Both the position numbers and the translations under genes were made by a program. Positions 56,939-64,000 of a DNA stretch of 64,000 bases are shown here, one piece after another. The DNA is taken from contig JASJAU010000037.1 in assembly GCA_030066855.1 (NCBI GenBank), positions 500 through 64,499 on the forward strand, written 5' to 3'. The stretch comes from Paracoccaceae bacterium. Its GTDB lineage: Bacteria > Pseudomonadota > Alphaproteobacteria > Rhodobacterales > Rhodobacteraceae. Within the stretch, counting starts at the first letter, position 1. Each line of letters begins with the position of its first letter. The notes beneath the pieces were generated by a model. It was not told the DNA's origin and searched no databases. It worked only from the letters and a program-made list of their open reading frames with translations.

Positions 56939-57417
56939 GCGTCTCGCCAATCGTCTCCAACTTTGATGCGATGGCCGACAGCGAGGCCTTGAAGAAGGGT
57001 CTGTTCGAGAAAGCAGCCTTTCTTGGCTGCGTTGAGCAGTCGTTCGAGGTCTTCTGGTGACGCGTCGCTGTCGATATCGACATCCATGTCGAACGATACC
57101 GGCGCCGTGACGTAGGGATTGTTGCCCTCCTGCTCGCCTTGCCAATGGAGACGCGTATGCACCTCGACACCTCGGATCGGTATCCGGAGGCGTTTTGAGA
57201 AGGCGCGGATCTGCGTCATCAGGCAACCTGTCAGAGCAGCACAGAAGTGGGCCAAGGGCGGTGGCGCGGTGCCGTCCCCACCGTGAAATGGACCTTCGTC
57301 GGTAGCCAGCTCAAAGCTTTCCCCCTGTGCGGGCCAGGACACGGAAATATCGTTTCGCATCTTGCCAGAGGACCGGCCGACGCCTTCAAAGATTACATCG
57401 AACTGTTTTTTCGGCAT
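56935..57417 (-). CDS. OsmC-like protein
   Basis: PLAHFCAALTGCLMT and AAKKGCFLE motifs. The stop overlaps the tetR start by 4 nt. Confidence 0.72.
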   Translation of the reverse strand: MPKKQFDVIFEGVGRSSGKMRNDISVSWPAQGESFELATDEGPFHGGDGTAPPPLAHFCAALTGCLMTQIRAFSKRLRIPIRGVEVHTRLHWQGEQEGNNPYVTAPVSFDMDVDIDSDASPEDLERLLNAAKKGCFLEQTLLQGLAVGHRIKVGDDWRDA

Positions 57418-57443
57418 TGCCAACCTAATTTTCGAAATGCAAG

Positions 57444-57461
57444 TTATCGGATGATAATTTA
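57444..57461 (+). promoter_or_regulatory. Related TTA-N6-GATAATTTA box in the osmC-tetR / cyclase divergent promoter
   Basis: TTATCGGATGATAATTTA matches the 49313 box at 13 of 18 positions and shares the same TTA-N8-TAA frame. Confidence 0.3.
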
Positions 57462-57528
57462 ATGCGCCGGACCCCGACAGCAAGGCGTCGCGGGCATTCC
57501 GGCCTCCAAGACAAAGGGAGGAGGCGAG

Positions 57529-58485
57529 ATGGCCAAGCTCACACGCGCCGACATTTACAAGACCGCCGAAGAGCTTTCGAACTGGGGGCGCTGGGGAGAC
57601 GACGACCAACTCGGAACGCTAAACAACATCTCACCCGAAGATATTGTTGGCGCAGCGGGGCTGGTGAAAAAGGGCAAGGTTTTTGCCCTTGGACTAGATC
57701 TCAAACAGAAGATCCAATCGGGGCTTTTCGGTGGGCGTTGGAACCTCATCCACCAGATGTTGGCCACAGGTACGGACGCGGTCGCGGGAGAGCAGGATGG
57801 CGACGGAAAAGCCTATCTCCGCTATGCCGACGACGCGATCAACGTGCCTTGCCAAGGCTCAACGCAGTGGGATGCGCTTTGTCACATCTTTCTGGATGAC
57901 AAGATGTACAACGGCTACCCAGCGACGGACGTAACCGTGAACGGAGCCAAGCATCTCGGGATCGAGCATGTCAGGGACAAGATGGTCGGGCGGGGCGTCC
58001 TCCTCGACGTTGCGCGATGGAAAGGCGTTGACAGCCTGGATGACGGCTACGGGATTACCAACGCTGACCTCGACGGCTGTGCCGAGGCTCAAAGCGTCGA
58101 GATCCGCAAGGGAGACTTTGTCATCGTTCGGACTGGTCATCAGGAACGCTGCCTCGCGAGTGGCGACTGGACCGGCTATGCTGGCGGTGACGCGCCGGGG
58201 CTGGCATTTGAGACGGCGCACTGGATCAAAAAAAATGACATTGCCGCGATCTGTGCTGATACCTGGGGGTGTGAGGTCCGCCCGAATGAGACGGACGAGG
58301 CCAACCAGCCATGGCATTGGGTGGTGATCCCCGCCATTGGGATATCGATGGGCGAGATCTTCTATTTGAAAGAGCTGGCGGCGGATTGTGCTGAAGATGG
58401 CGTCTATGAGTTCATGTTTACCGCGCCGCCGCTGCATTTGCCTGGAGGCGCCGGGTCGCCCATTAACCCGCAAGCGATCAAGTGA
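57529..58485 (+). CDS. Cyclase-family (kynurenine formamidase/isatin hydrolase-like) protein
   Basis: SNWGRWGDDDQLGTLN and QGSTQWDALCH motifs, 318 aa. Confidence 0.83.
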   Translation: MAKLTRADIYKTAEELSNWGRWGDDDQLGTLNNISPEDIVGAAGLVKKGKVFALGLDLKQKIQSGLFGGRWNLIHQMLATGTDAVAGEQDGDGKAYLRYADDAINVPCQGSTQWDALCHIFLDDKMYNGYPATDVTVNGAKHLGIEHVRDKMVGRGVLLDVARWKGVDSLDDGYGITNADLDGCAEAQSVEIRKGDFVIVRTGHQERCLASGDWTGYAGGDAPGLAFETAHWIKKNDIAAICADTWGCEVRPNETDEANQPWHWVVIPAIGISMGEIFYLKELAADCAEDGVYEFMFTAPPLHLPGGAGSPINPQAIK

Positions 58486-59117
58486 CGCCAACGCTGTGGG
58501 GCAGGGCGAGTTCGGTCAACGTCCAAAAGGTCATGTGGTGCCTTGCTGAATGCGGGGTGACCTATGATCGAATTGATGCGGGCGGCAGATATGGCCGGAC
58601 AGATGACCACGACTTTGCGGCTATGGCTCCTTTGCGCCGTGTCCCGGTGTGGCAGGAGGGTCAGGTCACTGTCTGGGAGTCCCATGCGATATTGCGTCAC
58701 CTAGGGCGCGGCCCCGCTTCGGCCATTTGGCCGGATCATATCAGCGCACGCGCGGTTGCGGATCAGTGGATGGATTTCACGAACACGACCCTGATGCAGC
58801 CATTCGTCGGGGTGTTCTTTCAGGTTGTCCGATTCCCTCCGGAAGAAAGGTCCTTTAGCGTATTGGAGAAGCACCTGAAGAGATTGCATGCGGCGCTCGA
58901 CGTCATGGAGGGCCGATTGACGAGGAGTATGTGGCTCGGCGGCGAGGCGTTCACGCTTGCCGATATCGCGGCTGGCGCACCGATGTTTCGCTATCATGAC
59001 ATTGGTATCGAGCGTCCCGAGCGCCCGGCGCTGCTGGCGTGGTATCAACGCCTGACAGAGAGGGGGGCATTTCGTGCCAATGTGATGACTTCCTATGACG
59101 AGCTTCGGCCGAGCTAG
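58482..59117 (+). CDS. Glutathione S-transferase-family protein
   Basis: SVNVQKVMWCLAECGVTYD...VPVWQEG...WESHAILRHLG. Coupled to the cyclase gene by a 4-nt overlap. Confidence 0.82.
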   Translation: MTPTLWGRASSVNVQKVMWCLAECGVTYDRIDAGGRYGRTDDHDFAAMAPLRRVPVWQEGQVTVWESHAILRHLGRGPASAIWPDHISARAVADQWMDFTNTTLMQPFVGVFFQVVRFPPEERSFSVLEKHLKRLHAALDVMEGRLTRSMWLGGEAFTLADIAAGAPMFRYHDIGIERPERPALLAWYQRLTERGAFRANVMTSYDELRPS

Positions 59118-59118
59118 A

Positions 59119-60324
59119 TCAGTCTTCCAGGATCGCTGCAGTCTCTCTCACGATGACGTCCATGTCAGGGTGGTTGCGGCCGTCGTCATTTTGAGGGTGG
59201 CTCCGTTCAAAGATGTAGCTGCCCAATCGGCGCCCCAGGTCGCGGGCGTCTCGCGAAAGAGGCGCGCGGGTTTTGGAATAGGCCTCTAGCGCGCCGGGCA
59301 CATCCGTTGCGTCCAGCAGTCGAGCTAGCGCGAGCGCGTCTTCAGCGGCCTTCGTTACTCCCATTCCCACGTGAGGGCGGGCGACGCAGGCAGCGTCGCC
59401 GGCAAGCGCGACTCGCCCGTCGTTAAAAGTTGGGCTCCAAAGGTCATAGATCGGCGTGAAGAAGGGGCGCTTGCTGTGCTGGAGTATATCGAAAATCTCC
59501 GGCGGCAGGAGGTTTCGCGCAGCCTTGTTCATGTCGTCCAAGACATCGTCCCGTACCAGTGGCGGCGGGATCGATACAGGATGATAGCGTCCTTGGGCGT
59601 CGGTTAGCATGTCGCGAAGCTCATCCTCGGAGAACGCCGCGTACCAAACGAAGTTGTAGCGGCGATGACCAGGGCGCAGGTCGTTCTCCGCGCCAGCGAT
59701 GGGATACCCAATCATCTGCGTGCCGTTGGGCAAAAAGAATCCGAAATCTGCGAAGACGCGAGAATGCACGTCGGCGGGGATCGCAGATTCTTCCGCGAGC
59801 GCGCGCCACACCACATAGCCCGAGTACTCTGGCTGGATGTCGGGATGCATCTGACCGCGAATGGCCGATCTGAAGCCGTCTGCGCCGATCAGAACGTCCG
59901 CTTCTTCCGTGCTCCCGTCATCGAAAGTCGCCACAATGCAAGCGTCGCGATTTTCATAACGGATGATAGTGCGTCCCAGGTGATACGTCCCCTCGGGCAC
60001 GAGCGCTCGGAGGATTCGGTGCATCCGGTCCCACGAGGTTACGATCTGGGGATAGTGTTGCTGCGAGACGACGGCTCCGGAACGGTCAAAAACCGCGCGC
60101 ATCTCGACGTCGACCCCGAGGTCCGCGATTTCAGCACCGACGGCCTTGAGCGCTTTGATCAAACGATCATGCGTGACGATGCCGGCACCACGCCCAGCCA
60201 GTTCAACATCGGTGCGCTCGTAGATCTTCACGGTCCAGCCCGCTCGCATCAAAGCCGCGGCTGCAAAAAGCCCGCCGATTGATCCGCCCGACACCAGAGC
60301 GCTGCCGGTTTTCTTGCTTTCCAC
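59119..60324 (-). CDS. FAD-dependent aromatic/heteroaromatic-ring monooxygenase (group A flavoprotein hydroxylase)
   Basis: GxGxxG region LVSGGSIGGLFAAAAL and ALAGDAACVARPHVGMGVTKAAEDA (2,6-dihydroxypyridine/salicylate hydroxylase-like). Confidence 0.88.
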   Translation of the reverse strand: MESKKTGSALVSGGSIGGLFAAAALMRAGWTVKIYERTDVELAGRGAGIVTHDRLIKALKAVGAEIADLGVDVEMRAVFDRSGAVVSQQHYPQIVTSWDRMHRILRALVPEGTYHLGRTIIRYENRDACIVATFDDGSTEEADVLIGADGFRSAIRGQMHPDIQPEYSGYVVWRALAEESAIPADVHSRVFADFGFFLPNGTQMIGYPIAGAENDLRPGHRRYNFVWYAAFSEDELRDMLTDAQGRYHPVSIPPPLVRDDVLDDMNKAARNLLPPEIFDILQHSKRPFFTPIYDLWSPTFNDGRVALAGDAACVARPHVGMGVTKAAEDALALARLLDATDVPGALEAYSKTRAPLSRDARDLGRRLGSYIFERSHPQNDDGRNHPDMDVIVRETAAILED

Positions 60325-60346
60325 TTGTCACCCATTGCCTGAATGC

Positions 60347-60364
60347 TAATTTATCACTCTATAA
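60347..60364 (-). promoter_or_regulatory. TTATAGAGTGATAAATTA box in the monooxygenase/cupin divergent promoter
   Basis: The reverse complement shares an exact 13-mer, AGTGATAAATTAG, with the box at 49319-49331. Confidence 0.45.
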
Positions 60365-60399
60365 TTAAGATCATCTTTGGAAAAGCAACCGCCGGACAA

Positions 60400-60798
60400 A
60401 TGACACCACTGGACAGCGAGAAATTCACCGGCCCGCATTGGCCTGAGGAGTATGTCGCCGAGCTTGGCGCGGCGCGAACAAACGGCAATGTGGGAACGCG
60501 GATTGTGAGCGAGAGCGACCGGGTTCGGGTCTGGATAGTGGAGATGAAGCCGGGCGAGCGGCTGCCGTTTCACACCCATGTTCTGGACTACTTCTGGACA
60601 GCCACGTCAAATGGCAAAGCGCGGTCGCGATATGGCGACGGACAGGTGGCAGAGGCGGAGTATGAAGTCGGCGACACCAAGCACTTCTCTTTCACCAAGG
60701 GAGAGTCAATGACGCACGACCTGGAGAACATCGGCGATACAGTGCTGACCTTTACGACCATTGAGTTTCTCGACAGCGCCAACGACCCGCTTGTGTGA
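60400..60798 (+). CDS. Cupin-domain protein
   Basis: MKPGERLPFHTHVLDYFW...HDLENIG fits the two cupin motifs. Start at the internal ATG downstream of the operator box. Confidence 0.68.
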   Translation: MTPLDSEKFTGPHWPEEYVAELGAARTNGNVGTRIVSESDRVRVWIVEMKPGERLPFHTHVLDYFWTATSNGKARSRYGDGQVAEAEYEVGDTKHFSFTKGESMTHDLENIGDTVLTFTTIEFLDSANDPLV

Positions 60799-60812
60799 CT
60801 GATCGAGCGAGC

Positions 60813-61316
60813 CTAAGTGGCAATTGCAAGGGCGCCCAGCTTGCCTTTTCCAAAAACCAACGGTGTCCGATTTGTCGAGCGATGCGTGAGCACCTGTCCA
60901 AGGAAGATTTCGTGATCGCCGCCGTCGTATCTTGCGTATGTTTTGCACTCGATGACTGCGGTCGCGTGCTCCAGAACCGGATGACCGCACGATCCCGTCG
61001 ACCAATCAACCGCATCGAAACGCTCGGCGACGGGCGACGAAAAGACACGCGGGAGGTCTGCTTGCTCCGCCGACAAAACGTTTATCGCGAAGCCGTCGCT
61101 GGCATGAAATACGGGCAGGCTCGCAGCGTTGCGCGCCAACGACCAAAGGACAAGAGGCGGATCCATGGACACAGAGTTGAACGAGCTGATGGTCACACCG
61201 ACCGGAGCGCCCGTCTGCGTCATGGCTGTCACAATGGTTACGCCTGTTGGAAAACATCCGAGAGTCTGCCGAAAATCGGCGACATCGAAATCGGGCATCT
61301 TGGACATGGCCGTCAT
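60813..61316 (-). CDS. Flavin reductase (HpaC/NtaB-like, FMN-binding split barrel)
   Basis: FRQTLGCFPTGVTIVTA...GVTISSFNSVSMDPPLVLWSL...GGDHEIFLGQV. Confidence 0.9.
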   Translation of the reverse strand: MTAMSKMPDFDVADFRQTLGCFPTGVTIVTAMTQTGAPVGVTISSFNSVSMDPPLVLWSLARNAASLPVFHASDGFAINVLSAEQADLPRVFSSPVAERFDAVDWSTGSCGHPVLEHATAVIECKTYARYDGGDHEIFLGQVLTHRSTNRTPLVFGKGKLGALAIAT

Positions 61317-61410
61317 TGCGCGCTCCCTTAAGCCTCTTAGGAGAATTAGGGGAAATTGACATCAATCCAAATTATGATTTGTTATCGTTTTCATTACATG
61401 AGGTACTGAT

Positions 61411-61953
61411 TTGAGCGCCGATCGAGCTCTGGAACCGCTCCCGCCTGAGCGTTGGCCCGACCGTATCGGGCATCTAGCCAACGATTTCGCGGGTGATTTG
61501 AACGTCTACCGGCTTATGGCGCACGATCCTGAACTTCTTGCGGCCTGGTCCCCGCTTCGCGAGCATGTCGTCACGAAGAATGCGCTGGGCGCCGAACGCC
61601 TCGAGATTGTAGTTCTGAGAACCGCCGCACGTTTAGGAGTCGGGTATGAATGGGCGCGTCACGTCGATCGCGCCGCGAAACTCGGAATGGACCAAGAGCG
61701 CATTCGCGCGATGGCAGGGCCACGCGAAGCGATGAGCGGCCAGGATTCCCTTCTGGCAGGTATCGTCGATGATCTTCTCGACACGACCCGGATCGCCCCT
61801 GATCGCTCTACGGCGCTCATTGCAATGGCAGGGAAAACCGCCGTTCTCGATCTGATCGCGACAGTCGGATTCTATGTTACGCTTGGCGCTATTCTGAACA
61901 CCTTCGACGTGCCTCTGGAAGAACGCATCGCGCCCGTCGACATTCCCACATGA
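61411..61953 (+). CDS. Carboxymuconolactone decarboxylase (AhpD-like) family protein
   Basis: TTG start with a GAGG SD. ERLEIVVLRTAARLGVGYEWARHV is typical of the CMD family. Confidence 0.75.
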   Translation: MSADRALEPLPPERWPDRIGHLANDFAGDLNVYRLMAHDPELLAAWSPLREHVVTKNALGAERLEIVVLRTAARLGVGYEWARHVDRAAKLGMDQERIRAMAGPREAMSGQDSLLAGIVDDLLDTTRIAPDRSTALIAMAGKTAVLDLIATVGFYVTLGAILNTFDVPLEERIAPVDIPT

Positions 61954-61976
61954 GCAAACTCGAGAGGAGACCGCCA

Positions 61977-62861
61977 ATGCCCGCCGAAATGAAGGGCCCG
62001 TTGATTCCGACCGTGAACCGTTTCGCTGTCGGATCTCACGAAGTCACGGCGGTTCTTGATGGCTGGGTTGTGCCCGAGGCGGTAAAGCCGCCTCTCTGTC
62101 TCGATCTGAAGGACGAAGATATTGCCGCGCTTGCCGCCGAAAATCACCTTCCCGAGGACCGATACGAGCATCCGTTCGTACCGACGGTTGTGAACACCCG
62201 CGACGAACTGGTGCTCTTCGATGTCGGTTTTGGCAACAGCGGGCCTGCCGAAAGCGTCGGACACCTTCGGGACCGGATGGCGGTCGCCGGCTATGCCCCC
62301 GAGGACGTAGACCTTGTTGTCTTCACCCATGTGCACCCGGATCACATCCTCGGCGTCATGATTGATGGCGCGCCCGCTTTCCCAAATGCCCGGTACGCCA
62401 TCGGAACGGTGGAATACGACAGCTGGAAGAACGGCGTTGGATTCCCGGACACGCGGAAACCGACGCAGGACGCTTTCGAACGCCTGATAGTGCCGCTTGC
62501 CGACCAGATGACGTTTCTCGATCCCGGTGACACAGTCGGGGCGGGCATCACGGCTGTCGAGGCATTTGGTCACTCGCCCGGGCACATGATGTTCATGGTC
62601 GGGGATGGGGCAGATCAAGTTCTGATTATGGGAGACCTCGCTGTTCATTACGTCTTCTCGCTTCAGGTACCCGAGGCGCGCGTCTTCTTTGATGATGACC
62701 CCGACAAGGCGATCGCGACGCGAAAGCGCGTGCTCGACATGGTCGCCACGGACGGAATTCCTGTCATTGGTCACCACATGCCATTCCCGTCTCTAGGCTA
62801 TATCGAACGAAAGGGCGGCGGCTATAAATGGGAGCCTGCAAGCTATCAAATGCGGCTCTGA
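61977..62861 (+). CDS. MBL-fold metallo-hydrolase (lactonase-like)
   Basis: VVFTHVHPDHILG and AFGHSPGHMMF motifs. Start chosen at the ATG preceded by GAGAGGAGA; the alternative start at 61950 overlaps the CMD stop. Confidence 0.8.
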   Translation: MPAEMKGPLIPTVNRFAVGSHEVTAVLDGWVVPEAVKPPLCLDLKDEDIAALAAENHLPEDRYEHPFVPTVVNTRDELVLFDVGFGNSGPAESVGHLRDRMAVAGYAPEDVDLVVFTHVHPDHILGVMIDGAPAFPNARYAIGTVEYDSWKNGVGFPDTRKPTQDAFERLIVPLADQMTFLDPGDTVGAGITAVEAFGHSPGHMMFMVGDGADQVLIMGDLAVHYVFSLQVPEARVFFDDDPDKAIATRKRVLDMVATDGIPVIGHHMPFPSLGYIERKGGGYKWEPASYQMRL

Positions 62862-63038
62862 TCCGCGCGGGCGCTCCGGATGAGTGGCGTGGCCGCGGCG
62901 CTGCGCAAAAGAGAGCTTCGCTGCCCTGCCAATTCCGGGTTTGTGTTGTTCGGCCGCGCCGCAGAGTTTCTTTTCCTAATGATCAACGTACGGGTGTCGA
63001 CAATAGGCCGCCGACGAGCACGCGGAATTCCTGAAACC

Positions 63039-63596
63039 GGTAATGTCAGAGGAAACCGCGCTTGAGCCGGGCAGTGGGCATGCCTAGCGTTCGGGGATGA
63101 CCAAGGCCTCACCCTTTCTCTACTTCAAGACGAGCCCTGAGATCATTTAATGGCGGTGATGATGTATGTCCGGTTGCCGCTGTCGCTCCGGAATGTCAAA
63201 GACCTGCTGCATGAACGCGGTATCGACGTGAGCCACGAGTCAGTCCGTCAATAGCGGAACCGGTTCGGGCCGATGTTCGGCTCGGAGATCAGACGGAAGC
63301 GGGTCCAGCAGCTCCGGGCCTATTCCAAGTGGAAGTGGCACGTCGACGAGATCTTCGTGAAGATCAATAGCAAGCGGCACTAGCTGTTGCAGGCCATGGA
63401 ACATGAAGGCGAGGTGCTCAAGGCAGCTGTAGCTGAACGAAGAAACAAGCGGGCCGCTGCCAGCCTCAGAGCCGCTGGTTTGTTGATCTCCGTGGCGCTC
63501 TGAAAGGCTATTCCACTTACATAAAGAGTCTTTGTGTCCTCGACTTCAAGAAGAGTACGGGAAGGGGCGGCCAGGACTCATTCCTCTGACAATACC
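63039..63596 (+). mobile_element. IS6-family insertion sequence remnant carrying a transposase pseudogene
   Basis: Terminal inverted repeats GGTAATGTCAGAGGA (63039-63053) and TCCTCTGACAATACC (63582-63596). The internal reading frame YVRLPLSLRNVKDLLHERGIDVSHESVRQ*RNRFGP...WKWHVDEIFVKINSKRH*LLQAMEHEGEVL is IS6/IS26-like. It carries two in-frame TAG stops and an N-terminal frameshift, and the C-terminal half is missing. Confidence 0.75.
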
Positions 63597-63706
63597 TCCA
63601 CCAAAAACCTGGCGATGACACAAACTCCAAGAAGCGTTTACTTTTCATGTCAGACCCAAGACCAATCCTGGCCATCGGGGCTAACCAAACGGCGGATCGA
63701 ACCCAA

Positions 63707-64000
63707 ATGAACCAATCCTTTCCTTCGCCCATTCTGCGCACCGACGACGACGGCATCGCGGTTTTGACGATCAATGCGCAGCATGCAATGAACGTGCTGT
63801 CGGAGGGCATCATATCGGCGCTCTCCGCGACCTGTTCGGCGATGATGCTGCGAGTCGTGCGGCTGCCACAGCCGGTCATTGCCGAGGTCAAGGGGATCGC
63901 CACCGCCGCCGGATGCCGGGTTGTCGCCTCCTGCGACCTCGCTGTCGCGTCGGAGGATGCGACCTCCGCCATCTCGGGCGACAACATCGGCGAATACTGC
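63707..64000 (+). pseudogene. Enoyl-CoA hydratase/crotonase-like ORF (open at the window end), apparently with an internal deletion
   Basis: [39 protein letters not shown] then directly [40 protein letters not shown]. About 45-50 aa normally carrying the oxyanion-hole segment appear to be absent. Confidence 0.45.

Noticed and set aside
61872-62777. 301-aa minus-strand ORF
   Set aside because: Antisense to the MBL-fold hydrolase, which shows the HxHxDH motif on the plus strand.
63517-63987. 156-aa minus-strand ORF
   Set aside because: It overlaps the IS6 right end and is antisense to the crotonase-like frame. No motifs.

Overview
High-GC alphaproteobacterial (Rhodobacterales-like) chromosome segment in two parts. 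Positions 1-39972 are core genome. They hold the PhyR-NepR-EcfG general stress response locus with an HWE kinase, clpP-clpX, accB-accC and aat. A RutR-type reductive pyrimidine/beta-alanine cluster follows, then a branched-chain-type ABC transporter operon ending in acs beside a RamB/ScfR-type regulator. Next come a receiver / 2-TM protein / symporter-fused histidine kinase operon followed by an orphan FliM/FliN-like gene, a BigR/SqrR-type sulfide detoxification locus, a FadJ-like gene and gapR. A tRNA-Thr(UGU) at 39973-40048 marks an abrupt switch to AT-richer accessory DNA that runs to the window end, with no integrase visible. Inside this island, two decayed IS6-family remnants in direct orientation (44576-44836 and 63039-63596) bracket an ~18-kb oxidative catabolic unit. 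The unit encodes an LLM monooxygenase, LysR, a TRAP transporter, a three-subunit molybdenum hydroxylase, OsmC/peroxiredoxin/TetR, a cyclase, GST, an FAD monooxygenase, a cupin, a flavin reductase, a CMD protein and an MBL hydrolase. A ~18-nt TTA-N6-GATAAATTA motif recurs in three of its divergent promoters. No CRISPR array, rRNA gene or intact transposase/integrase was seen. All functional calls come from reading the translated ORFs from memory of protein families. No database search was run, and self-derived coordinates (starts, motifs) may be off by 1-2 nt.
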